Origin: an uncultured bacterium
Lineage (GTDB): Bacteria; Krumholzibacteriota; Krumholzibacteriia; JACNKJ01
Length of the DNA stretch: 64,000 nucleotides
Direction of reading: 5' to 3'
NCBI GenBank assembly: GCA_963695095.1
Contig: CAVOFT010000001.1
Coordinates: 1,248,001 to 1,312,000, forward strand
Shown here: in pieces, positions 30,450 to 41,248 of the stretch
Numbering within the stretch: position 1 is the stretch's first letter
Layout of the letters: every line of letters starts with the position of its first letter
Translations under genes and position numbers: made by a program
The notes under the pieces: generated by a model
Told to the model about the DNA's origin: nothing
Databases searched by the model: none
Seen by the model: only the letters and a program-made list of their open reading frames with translations

Positions 30450-32174
30450 ATGCGGCCACCCCTCACAGCGCTCCTGTGCCTGTTCGCCGCCGCCATCGCT
30501 CCCACCGGACAGGCGGCGGCTGCGGCTGCGATTGCGCCCGCCCTCGAGGCCCTGCTGGCGCCCGGGATGGCGCCGCGCCCGGTCTGGGTCTTCTTCACGG
30601 ACAAGGGCGCCGCGGCGCCAGAGCCCGCCGACCTGCGTGCGGCCGAGGCCGGCCTCAGCGCCCGGACCCTGGCTCGCCGTGCCCGCGTCGCTGCGCCCGG
30701 TGCGGCCTGGCGCGATCTGCCCAACGCAGCCGCCTATCGCGAGTGGCTGCGCGCGCGCGGGTTCGCCATCCGCGCCGAGAGTCGCTGGTTGGCTGCGGTG
30801 AGCGTGGTCGCCGGCCCCGGCGACCTGGCCCTGCTCGCCGAGGCTCCCTTCATCGCCCGACTGGCGCCCGTCGCCGCCGCGGCGCCGCGCGAGCCGCTGC
30901 TGGCGGTGGCCGGCCCGCCTCACTTCGCATCGAGTCGCGAGGATCCCCTGGACTACGGCGGCAGTCAGCCCGAGCTGGCGCAGATCAACGTGCCCGCCCT
31001 GCACCAGCTCGGCATCCACGGGGAAGGCGTCGTGGTGGGCATGCTGGATTCGGGCTTCGACACCACGCATGAGGCCTTCGCGAGCCTGGACGTGCTCGGC
31101 GCCTGGGACTTCATCAACGGGGATCCCGTCGTCGCCGACGAGCCCGGCGACCCGGACAACCAGGATCGCCACGGCACGATGACCCTGTCCACGATCGCCG
31201 GCTACAAGCCGGGCTCCCTGATCGGCCCTGCTTTCGCGGCAAGCTTCTACCTCGCCAAGACCGAGGACAACGGCCAGGAAGTCCCCATCGAGGAGGACTA
31301 CTGGGTGGCGGGGATCGAGTGGCTGGAGGCGCAGGGTTGCGATCTCGTCAGCTCGAGCCTGGCCTATGATGACTGGTACGCCTTCGCGGATTTCGACGGG
31401 AACACCTGCGTCACCACCATCGCCGCCGACCAGGCCGTGGCCCTCGGCATGGCCGTCTTCAACAGCGCGGGTAACTACCGGCTGAGCACGGGCACGATCG
31501 CGGCCCCGGCGGACGGCGACAGCGTGATCGCCGTCGGCGCGGTGGAGATCACCGGCGAGATCGCGAGCTTCAGCTCGCCGGGGCCGACGGCCGACGGACG
31601 CATCAAGCCGGATCTCTGCGCCCTCGGCGTCGCCAACAACGTGGTCAAGCCGGGTACCCTGGACGAGTACCAGGGCGCCTCGGGGACCAGCTTCGCCTGC
31701 CCGCTCACGGCCGGCGCGGCCGCGCTCCTGCTCAGCGCGCATCCCGGCGTCAGCCCCTGGTCCCTGCGCGAGGCCCTGCGCACTACGGCGAGCCAGGCGG
31801 AGGCGCCCGATAACGACTACGGCTGGGGCATCCTGGACGCCCTCGCCGCCCTTGGCTATCTCGACGCGCTCACCGCCGCTCCGGCCGGGGGCGCGCCGGC
31901 CCTGTCCATCGCCGGCAGCTGGCCCAATCCCTTCAATCCGTCCACGCAGATCGCGTTCAGCCTGGATCGCGAACTCAGCGTGTCGCTGAGCATCCACGAC
32001 CTTCAGGGCCGCCGGCTGCGCACGCTCGTGGCTGGGCCGCGGGCGGCAGGCGCGCACACCGCCGCCTGGGACGGCCGCGACGAAGCGGGCACGGCCGTCG
32101 CCAGCGGGGTCTACTTCGCGCGTCTCTCCGCGGCGGGCGAGCAGAGGCTGCACAAGCTACTCCTTCTCAAGTGA
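30450..32174 (+). CDS. Secreted S8 subtilisin-like serine protease with FlgD-Ig/T9SS-like C-terminal domain
   Basis: Catalytic triad LDSG, HGT, SGTSFACP; SAGN; DGRIKPDL; WPNPFNP tail. Confidence 0.9.
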   Translation: MRPPLTALLCLFAAAIAPTGQAAAAAAIAPALEALLAPGMAPRPVWVFFTDKGAAAPEPADLRAAEAGLSARTLARRARVAAPGAAWRDLPNAAAYREWLRARGFAIRAESRWLAAVSVVAGPGDLALLAEAPFIARLAPVAAAAPREPLLAVAGPPHFASSREDPLDYGGSQPELAQINVPALHQLGIHGEGVVVGMLDSGFDTTHEAFASLDVLGAWDFINGDPVVADEPGDPDNQDRHGTMTLSTIAGYKPGSLIGPAFAASFYLAKTEDNGQEVPIEEDYWVAGIEWLEAQGCDLVSSSLAYDDWYAFADFDGNTCVTTIAADQAVALGMAVFNSAGNYRLSTGTIAAPADGDSVIAVGAVEITGEIASFSSPGPTADGRIKPDLCALGVANNVVKPGTLDEYQGASGTSFACPLTAGAAALLLSAHPGVSPWSLREALRTTASQAEAPDNDYGWGILDALAALGYLDALTAAPAGGAPALSIAGSWPNPFNPSTQIAFSLDRELSVSLSIHDLQGRRLRTLVAGPRAAGAHTAAWDGRDEAGTAVASGVYFARLSAAGEQRLHKLLLLK

Positions 32175-32299
32175 AGGCGGGAGTCCTGGACTTGCCTCGC
32201 CGCGAATGCTAGATTCCCCGCGTTCTTGCGGACCCACCTCTGCACATCCCTGCGCAGCCAAAGACTTGGAGCCGATGCTCGACGACCCTGGAGGGTGAT

Positions 32300-35200
32300 G
32301 TGAAGCAATGCCTGCCCCTGCTTCCTGCCCTGCTCCTCGCCGTTGGCCTGGCCGCGCCCGCGGCAGGCGCCGGGTCCGCGGGCACGGCCTTGCCCAGCCC
32401 GCTACCGCCGGCTGCCGAGGTCTTGCAGAGCGACGCTGCGGGCCTCAGCCTCGTCCTGCGCTTTGCGCCGGAGGCCTTCCGCAGCACGGACGAAGGCCTC
32501 TACCTCGAACTCCCCGGCTGCGCGCTCGAGAGCGCCGATCCCGGGAATCCCCGCGCCGCCGGTGCGCCCATGCTGCCCGTCTGGCGGGGATTGGTCGCCC
32601 TGCCGCCGGGCATGGAGGCGCGCCTGGACTGGCGCGTCGTGGCGAGCGAGGCCGTCGCCGGCCAGCCGCTGCCCTTTCCCACGCCAAGGGCCGTTCCCGC
32701 GGGCGAGGACTTCCTCTTCAACGAGGAGCTGATTCCCGATGCGAGGGCCTTCGCGCGCGCCTACCCGATCGCCGCGCGCCTGGGCGAGCCCCACTGGCTG
32801 CGCGACCAGCGCGTTGTCGAACTCGTGGTGACGCCACTGGGCTTCGGGCCGGAGCGCGGCCTGACCCTGGCCCGCGAACTGCGCGTGGACCTCAGCTTCC
32901 GCGGCGCCGCCGCGGAGCGGGCGGCGACGGCGAGCCGCGAGGCGCCGCGCCGTCTTGATCGGCAGTGGCCGCGCCTCTATGCGGGGGCCTTGCTCAATCC
33001 CGGGCCGGCCGCCGGCTGGCGCCAGCGCATTCCCGCGCGCTTCGGCGTGGCCGCCGGGCGCGGCGCCCGCGCCGCGGCGAAGCTCAAGCTGCTCACGAGC
33101 GAGGATGGCCTGTACGCCGTCGGCGGCGATAGCCTCATCGCGCGGGGCATCCCGGCCGGCACGCCGCTGGCCGACATCGCCCTCTACCGGCAGCGCCTCG
33201 ACTGGGATGGCGGCGGTCAGCCCGTCTTCAGCGAGATCGCCGAGACCGCGCTACTTCCTCGACGCGGACGGCGATGGCGCACTGGATCCTGCCGACCGGC
33301 TGGTATTCCTCGGCTGGCGTCAGCGGCACGCGCCGGACAGCCTGGATCCCATCGAGTGGTACGGCCGCGCCAATGCCTACTTCGTGGCCGTGGCGCCCGA
33401 ACTGGCGAGCGCGATGCCCACCGAGACAGCCTGGTCGGCGGCGGGCGCCTGGCCCCTGCGTCCGGCCTTCAAGCGCAGGCTCTGGCAGCAGGGCGAGCAG
33501 GCCTTCCATCAGGCGCCGCCCAACTGGTTCTACAACGGGGTCAACCTCGAGACCTGGGACGACAACCTCTACTACTGGACCCAGCCCCTCGCGCCCGAGG
33601 GCTATGTCCTGCGCATTCCGCTGGCCACGCCGGCGGCCCTGGCCGACAGCATCGCGACGCTCAAGCTGCAGTTCCAGGGCGCCTCGCGCTCGGCCCTGGA
33701 CGGGGTCCGCAACTTCAGCGTCAACCTGGTGGGCGGCGGCGGCTTGCACGCTGCCTCCTGTACAGGTCACCTTCCACGACACGATCGACTACGAGGCCAC
33801 CGTTCCTGCCGGCTGCCTGTCTGCCGCCGGCAACACCCTCGTCGATCGATCGCACCGATGGCACCCAGTTCCGCACCTACGTCAAGTGACTACGACCTCG
33901 CCTACAGCTCGGCCTACGCCGTGCGCGAGGACAGCCTCTACTTCCACGCCGACGGCGCGAGCGGCCCTGCCGAAATCCGCGTCGGCGGCCTCACCAGCGA
34001 CAGGGGCGGCTGGCAGCTCCTGCGCCTGGCGAACGGCCAGCCCACGCGCGTGACGCTGGCGCCGGAGAACCAGGCGGGCGCGGCCGGCGCCTACGAGCTG
34101 CGCCTGCGCCGCGATCTCGCCGGCGGCGAATCCTGGTGGTTGGCCGATGCCACGCGCCTGCGCGCGCCGGCGATCGCCACGCCCGCCGACATCGGCGTGC
34201 TCGCCGAGACGTCCCCGCGCGATGTGCTGGTCATCGCCCACGACAGCTTCGCGGCCGGCATGCAGCGCTGGATCGATCGCCGCGAGGATGAGGGCTACGC
34301 CGTCCGCTTGCTCAAGGCCTCCGAGGTCTGGGACGCCTTCTACGGCGGTGTCCGCGGTCCGATCGGCCTGCGCAATGCCGCGCGCTTCGCCTACCAGCAG
34401 TGGGGCTGCGAGGCCCTGCTGCTCGTCGGCGACGCGAGCAAGGATGCCCGGGGCCTCAGTCCTGACGCCATGCCCGATTTCCTCCCCGTGCATTCCAAGC
34501 ACGAATACGTGGGCGTCGACGAGCTGGTGGCGCTCGAGGAGTGGGTGGTCAAGTGGAACTGGAACGACTGGCCGGCGATGCTGATGGGCCGCCTGCCCGT
34601 CGGCAATGCGGCCGAGCTGGAGATCATCCTCGACAAGATGGAGTGCTTCGAGGGCGGCTGCGAGCCGGACGGCGCCTGGCGCCGGCGCTTCCTGCTCGGC
34701 GCCGACGACTGCTGGGTCTGGGACGAGCCCGGGGACATCGTCTACTGCCGCGACGGCGAGCGGCAATTCGAGATCCGCGTCACCGCGATGCGGCACCTCT
34801 TCGACGACGCCTGGGTAGGGGATCTCGCGGCCGTGCCCTACAACTTGAGCGCCCAGACCAACACCTGGTATGCCGAGCACAGTCCCGTCTACCCGACCGA
34901 GCTCGAGACGCTGCTCAGGCCCATCGTCTCGCCCGTCTTCATCGACTCGCTCAGCCAGGGCTACCTGTGGGCTTCGATCCAGAGCCACGCCAATCGCGGC
35001 CAGCTTTGCCACGAGCTCATCTTCAAGACAGCCGCCGGCGGTCACGACCAGGACTTCCTGACCAACGGCAACCGCCCCTTCTTCTGGGCGCTCTTCGGCT
35101 GTCACGGCAACGAGTTCGCGGCCTATAACGAGGAAAAGAGCAACGTCGGCGACTGCATGGGCGAGCGCCTGCTCTTCACCAATCCCCCTGGCTATCCCAA

Positions 35201-36401
35201 CGCCGGCGCCGTGGCCAGCTACGCCAGCGACGGCTTCGAGTACCTCTTTCCGAACTTGCGCTGGCAGCAGGACTGGCACGAGATCATGGTCAGCGCCACG
35301 GATCCGGACGGGGTCATGGCTGTCTTCCCCGCCTGGCGGGCGGGCGAACTGCAGATGCTGGCCGAGCTGCGCTTCGGCGACAAGGAGGCCAGCTACCGCA
35401 CGCACCTGCTCGGGGATCCTCTGCTGCGCCTCGATGCCGGCGCGCCGCGCCTGCGGCTCTTCGTCAACGAGCAGGAGATGCGGCCGGACGACTTCGTGCC
35501 GCCCCAGGTGACGGGCGATACCCTGCGCATCGAGGCCCTGGTCTGGGACGAAACCTATCTGGCCGCGCTCTCGCTCAGTGACTCCGCGCGCGCGGCCATC
35601 CCCTTCACCGCCACTGCCGGCCTTCAGCGCCGAGGCCAGCTTCCCCCTGGACAGCCTGGCGCCTTTCGACACCACGGCCGTCGCCGCCGGCGGCCGCGGC
35701 CGCGCCTGGCACCTGTCGGCGCGCGTTCCCTATAGCTTCGGCATGGACGCGCTGGTCCTCGCCGCGCGGGATATCGCCGGCCGGGAAGCGGAGTTCTCGC
35801 TGCCCGTGCCCAAGCGCGTGAACTTCTACCTGGCGGACGCGCCGCTGCGGGCGGGGCAATGGATCCGGCCCAGCGGCACCTTGCGCATCGACATCCTCGT
35901 GCCCTCGCCGGAGATCCTGCCCGACCGCTTCGCCCTCCTCGTCGACGGCGAGTCGAGCAGTCTCGGCGCGGCAGCCACGGACGTCGACGACCCTGCACCG
36001 GATGGAGCTGCCCTATGCCTGGGCGGCCGGCGAGCACCGGCTCACGGTGCTGCTCGACGGCGAGGAGTACGGGGGCATCCAGCTGCGGGTGGACAATCGC
36101 ACCCGCCTGCTGGCCGGCCGCATCTTTCCCAACCCGTTCCGGAACGCCGTCACCTTCCACTTCGAGTTGACGAACGGCATCCGGGCAGGGCACGCTCAGC
36201 ATCTACACGCTGAGCGGCCGCCGTGTCTTTCGTCGCGAGCTGGGCGGTCTGGCGGAGGGCGCCACCCAGGTGGTTGCCTGGGACGGACTGGACGGCACCG
36301 GCAGCAAGATCGCCAACGGCGTCTACATCGCGCGGCTGGCCCTCACGGATCTGAGCGGCGAGCAGGTGATCTGGGAGGACAAGGTCGTCCGCATGCGCTA
36401 G
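32300..36401 (+). CDS. Large secreted C25 (gingipain/PorU-like) cysteine peptidase with propeptide and FlgD-Ig C-terminal domain; several frameshifts
   Basis: Signal peptide; propeptide (GAPMLPV, LRDQRVVELVVTP); C25 core (LLLVGDAS, GRLPV, QSHAN, LFGCH, LLGDPLLRL); FPNPF..WDGLD..IANGVY tail ending TAG 36401. Frame breaks near 33250, 33750-33890, 35610, 35990 and 36190. Confidence 0.75.
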
Positions 36402-36424
36402 GGGAGCGGCTGGGCTTGAATCCG

Positions 36425-37819
36425 ATGCTGAGGAACTTCCTCTCGCTCGCCCTGGGGCGCTACCTCTCCATCGCCATCGGCGCCGTGGTGATCGTGCTCA
36501 TGGGCCGCGCCCTGTCCGTGGCGGACTACGGGCGCTTCTTTGCGGCCCTGGCGGCCGCCGAGCTGTTCGCGGCCGTGCTCGACCTCGGCCTCAACCGCAT
36601 CCTGCTCAAGGAGGGTTCGGCGGCCAAGGAGCGCACCGGCGCGCACCTCTTCAACATCCTGCTCATCAAGGCCGGCCTCACGGTGCTGATGCTGGCCGGC
36701 ATGCAGGTCTACGCCGGGCACCAAGGGCCGCTCTACGCCCTCGTCATGCTGCTGGCCTTGACCAAGGTGGCCGACAACATCGCCATCACCTTCGATGCGG
36801 TGTTCCAGATCCATCAGCGCATGGAGTTCTCCGCGGCCATTCTCGTGCTCTCGCGGCTGGTGCTGCTGGCCGTCGTGATCTTCGGTTGGCGGGACCAGGC
36901 GGGACTGCTCTACTTCGCCTGGGCCTACCTGGCGGTCAGTGGGATCAGCGCCCTGCTCACCGCCTCGGCCAGCGGGCGCTTCGCGCCGCCGCGGCGCGGA
37001 CCGATCGGCTGGCGCGAAACGGTGGGTCGTGAGGGACTCTTCTTCGCCCTGTCCAGCCTGCTCGCGATGGCGGCCACGCGCATGGACATGGTCGTGCTCA
37101 AGGAGGCTGTCGATGAGCACAGCCTCGGCCTTTATGCGCCGCCCTCGCGGATCCTCGTCGTCTTCCAGGTCCTCCCGCTGGTGCTGCAGACGGCGGTGTT
37201 GCCCGAGCTCTTCCGCCTCGGCCGCCAGGATCGCGCGGGGCTGGGTCCCTTCTACAGCCGATACTTCCAGCGCTCGCTGCTGCTCGCGCTCTTCCCCCTG
37301 CTCTGGACCCTGCTCTTCGCCGATGCCATTCTCGGCCGGCTGTGGGGTGCCGCCTACCTGCCCGGCGTGCCCTGGCTGCGCTGGCTGATCTGGCTGCTGC
37401 CCCTGCGCTTCGTCGGCTTCGCGGCGGGCAACGTGCTCACGGCGCTCGATCGCCAGTGGCAGCGCACGCTGCAGCAGGCAATCGGCGTGGCGGCGAGTCT
37501 CGGCCTGATGCTCTGGCTCGTGCCGGCGCGCGGTATCGAGGGAGCCATTCTGGCGCTTCTGATCGGCGAAGGGCTTGCTGCAGTGCTCAGCCTGCTGGCG
37601 GCGGGCCGCCACGGATATCGGCCCGACCTGCTGCCCACCCTGCGCATCCTGGCCAGCGGCCTCCTCGCCGCTGCCGCCCTGCTGGTCCTGAGGCGCCTGC
37701 TGCCGCTGGGCTTCGTTGGCGGCCTGGCGGCTACCGGTGCGGTGGTGGCCAGCGCCCTGCTCGCCGTGCGCGCGGCCTCGCTCGCCGAGCTCCGCGGCCT
37801 CCTGCAACGGCGAAGCTAG
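36425..37819 (+). CDS. Wzx-like oligosaccharide flippase (MOP superfamily)
   Basis: MLRNFL..RALSVADYG..DLGL motif, RMDMVVL..LGLY, many TM helices. Confidence 0.85.
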   Translation: MLRNFLSLALGRYLSIAIGAVVIVLMGRALSVADYGRFFAALAAAELFAAVLDLGLNRILLKEGSAAKERTGAHLFNILLIKAGLTVLMLAGMQVYAGHQGPLYALVMLLALTKVADNIAITFDAVFQIHQRMEFSAAILVLSRLVLLAVVIFGWRDQAGLLYFAWAYLAVSGISALLTASASGRFAPPRRGPIGWRETVGREGLFFALSSLLAMAATRMDMVVLKEAVDEHSLGLYAPPSRILVVFQVLPLVLQTAVLPELFRLGRQDRAGLGPFYSRYFQRSLLLALFPLLWTLLFADAILGRLWGAAYLPGVPWLRWLIWLLPLRFVGFAAGNVLTALDRQWQRTLQQAIGVAASLGLMLWLVPARGIEGAILALLIGEGLAAVLSLLAAGRHGYRPDLLPTLRILASGLLAAAALLVLRRLLPLGFVGGLAATGAVVASALLAVRAASLAELRGLLQRRS

Positions 37820-37882
37820 ACGGGCCTCAGTTCGTCCGACAGCGCCTGTGAAGCGGCGCTGTCGGACGAACTGAGGCCCGTC
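37819..37882. repeat. Perfect 28-bp inverted repeat with 8-nt loop between convergent genes
   Basis: GACGGGCCTCAGTTCGTCCGACAGCGCC-TGTGAAGC-GGCGCTGTCGGACGAACTGAGGCCCGTC. Confidence 0.9.
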
Positions 37883-37926
37883 CGGATTCCACCGCAGCCG
37901 GATGCCGCGGCGCTCGGCGAGCGCGG

Positions 37927-39293
37927 TTACTCGGTCCGCAGCGTGTAGGTCAGCACCGCCTCGCCCTTGGCGGCCACCGGCACCGTGAAGATGACCTGGC
38001 GGCTCGAGCGCTTCTCGTGCTTGTGCGAGGCCTCGCGCACGCTCCACTCCTGCCAGGCTGGCACGTCCTCGATGACCTCGACGCTGAGGGCGGCGTCCTT
38101 GTGATTGCGCAGCGTGATCTGGAAGCTGCGCGAGATGATCTCGTTGCCCCGCCGGTCGATGGCCGTCTGAATGCGCTCGCCGCGGATATCGAAGGCGTCG
38201 CCGAGCTTCAGGCGCACGCGCTCGCCGGTGGGCGTGTGGGAGATCTCGTCCTCGCCGGCGAACTGGAGCTGGCCGCCGGCGTCGGCCTGGTAGACGCGCA
38301 CGGTGCCCTTGGGCAGCGGCATGCCGGCGCCGCTGGCTGCTTCTCGTTGGCGAACTCCATGGTGACGGCCACCGCCCGCGCTTCGGCGTCCTCCTGCCAG
38401 CTGTTGGAGCGGAAGACGTACTTGCGCGGCGGCCTTGATGCCCGCCGCTCGCAGCAGCTCCACCTGCTTCTGCTCGTTGTCGAGCACGGTAGTGCTGCGG
38501 CCCAGGGTGTAGAGGTGGTACTCGAAGAACTGCTCCTCGGCGAAGCCACTGCCGTCGCGGCGCGGACAGGGCCATCATCTCCTGGCCCTTGGCCATGGGC
38601 AGCGAAGGCCGCGGCACGCGGTTGACGTCGCCGGCCACCAGCTTGAGCCGGGCGTCGGCGTAGCTCTTGCCGCTGCGGTTGTCCAGGGTCACCCAGCCGG
38701 TGAGGTCGAGCTCGTCGTTCGCTGGCCCACGACGGCCACGTAGTCGGCGCGCCAGTTGATGCCCTCGCTGAGGTAGGACAGCTCGACGTCGTGCTTGCCG
38801 GCCTTGTCGGCGTCCAGCCGCCAGACCAGGCTGGGTTCCAGCAGCAGGCCCTCCGGCAGGGCGGGCAGCACGAAGCCCTCGATGTGGATGGCGCCGTCGA
38901 TTTCGAGGATGCGACCGAGCGGCTGGCTCTCGGTGGGATTGCCTGCGGCGAGCAGGCGGACGCTCCGCCAGCTCGCCGTCCACCAGCGCGCGCACCTGCT
39001 GGCCGCGGTAGCGCTCGAGCAGGCAGCCGCGGTCCAGCAGGTCGTAGCGGTAGTTCTGCTCGAGCACCTGCGTGCCCTCGGGATCGCGCAGGCTGCGGAA
39101 GTGCACGGTCTCCGGCAGCAGGCGTGCGGGGACGCCGGTGTAGGTGTACTCCTGGACGCCGCGCGCAAGTTCGATGCTGCGCAGTTCTTTCACGAGGGCG
39201 AGATCGTTGTTGTAGACGGTGAGCTCGATCGCCGTCTCCGCGCCGGCAGTGGACGCGACCAAGAGCAGTGCGACTGCGCGTACGATTCTTCAT
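37927..39293 (-). CDS. Secreted DUF4139-family protein, frameshifted
   Basis: ELTVYNNDLALVKE, VLEQNYRYDL, ELSYLSEGINWRADYV, LTGWVTLDNRSG, LKLVAGDVN, GMPLPKGTVRVY, GEDEISHTP across several frames. TTGCTC-N17-TAGGAT promoter and GAGGT RBS upstream. Confidence 0.75.
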
Positions 39294-39441
39294 CGGATAC
39301 CTCTGGGTCGGTGGTGACTGGGATCCTAGCCGCCGCGCGCCGCGGGAGCAAGGACAAGCGGCGGCGGGCATCTGCGCGCTTGACGGCCGCGACGCGCCTG
39401 ATGTTTACCTGCATTGTCGGTACTCACCGCTGCGAGGCGCC

Positions 39442-41191
39442 ATGCTGCTGCACTGGCTCGATCTGCTGGTCATCGTCCTCTACATGGCGATCATGCTGTG
39501 GCTGGGCCTGCTCTACAGCCGCCGGGCGGGCCGCAACACCAGCGAGTTCTTTCTCAGCGGGCGCCGCCTGCCCTGGATTCTGGCGGGCACCTCGATGGCG
39601 GCCACCACCTTCGCGAGCGACACGCCGCTCGTGGTGACGGAATTCGTGCGCACGCATGGCATCGCCGGCAACTGGGTCTGGTTCAACTTCGCCATCAGCC
39701 ATCTCGTCACCACGTTCTTCCTGGCCAGGCTGTGGCGGCGCAGCGGCGTCACCACCGACGTGGAGTTCTGCGAGCTGCGCTACGGCGGCCGCGGCGCGGC
39801 CGGGCTCCGACTCTGTTCAAGGGGCTCTTCTACGCCTTCGTCACCAACGTCATCGTGCTCGGCTGGGTGATCCTGGCCACGACGGCCATCGCCGGCGCCT
39901 TCGGCGTGCCCAAGCTGGTCACCCTGGCCGGCTGCATCCTGCTGGCGAGCCTCTACGCCAGCGTGGCCGGGCTGTGGGGGGTCGTCGTCACCGACCTCCT
40001 GCAGTTCGTCGTCGCCATGACCGGCGCCGTGATCCTGGCCGTGCGCGTGCTGCAGGCCGAAGGCGGCCTCGCCGCCTTGCGCCTGCGCTTGCCGCAGCTT
40101 CTGGATGCTGCGGGCGAACCGGCGGCGCGCCTCGCCCCGCTCACCCGCCACTTCGACTGGGCGAGCCCGGGCTTCCGCGGCGCCTTCATGGGCTTCGCCG
40201 TGGCGGTGCTCGTGCAGTGGTGGAGCTGGAAGTACTCCGACGGCGGCGGCGTGCTCGTCCAACGCATGAACGCCAGCCGCGACGAACGGCACAGCTTGCT
40301 TGCCACGCTCTGGTTCACCCTGCTCACCTATGCGGTGCGCCCCTGGCCCTGGTTCCTCGTCGCGCTGGCGAGCCTCTGGGTCTTCCCGGAGCGCACGGAC
40401 CACAAGGCCGTCTATCCGGCGATGATGATCAAGTACCTGAGTCCCGGCTTGCTCGGCCTCATGCTGGCGGCGATGCTCGCCGCCTTCATGAGCACGATCG
40501 ACACGCACATGAACCTGGCGGCGAGCTACTTCGTGCACGATGTCTATCGCCGCTTCTGGCGGCGCCGCGAGAGCGAGCAGCACTACGTGGCCGTGGCCCG
40601 CGCGATGAGCATCCTGGTGATCGTCCTCGGCAGCCTGGTCGCCTGGCAGAGCCGCTCGATCAGCTACCTGTTCGTCTTCCTGCTGCAGCTCGTGGCCGGG
40701 GCCGGCGCCGTCTTCCTGCTGCGCTGGTTCTGGTGGCGCATCAACGCCTGGACCGAGATCAGCGCCATGCTGGCGAGCCTGAGCATCGCCTCCCTGCTCA
40801 ACCTGGCGAACGCCACAGCTGGCTGGCGCACCGCTTCGAGGTCTGGGAGATCTTCCTCATCAATGTCGGCCTCTCCGGCGCCGTGTGGCTGGCCGTCACC
40901 TTCGCCACGCGCCCGGACGGCGAGGAGCACCTGCGCGCCTTCGTCGCCCGCACCCGCCCGCCCGGGCTGTGGCCGGCGCGCTTCTGGCCGGAGGGGGTGC
41001 GCCGGCCCCTGGGCGTGAGCGCCGGCCGGGCCTGGCTCAACGTGCTGGCCGGGGTCGGCCTCATCTATGGGCTACTTTTCGGCATCGGCCAGGCCTTCTT
41101 CGGCCGCCCCCTGCAGGCTGGCCTGCTGCTGGCGGCCGCGCTGGCGGGCGCGCTCTGGCTGGCATTCAGCCTGCGCCGGGAGCGGGCCTGA
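39442..41191 (+). CDS. Sodium:solute symporter (SSS) family protein, two frameshifts
   Basis: EFFLSGRRLPW..GTSMAATTFASDTPL, GLWGVVVTDLLQF, AAFMSTIDT, LRWFWWRINAW; frame breaks near 39815 and 40810. Confidence 0.85.
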
Positions 41192-41248
41192 ACTTGACAC
41201 GGCGGCCCGCTGCCCGCCGCCGGTCACGCGCAAGGAGGATTCGTTCGC

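Noticed and set aside
36002..37819. Fusion of the FlgD-like domain to the flippase (605-aa ORF)
   Set aside because: An artefact of a frameshift near 36190. The C25 tail ends at TAG 36401 and the flippase starts at 36425.
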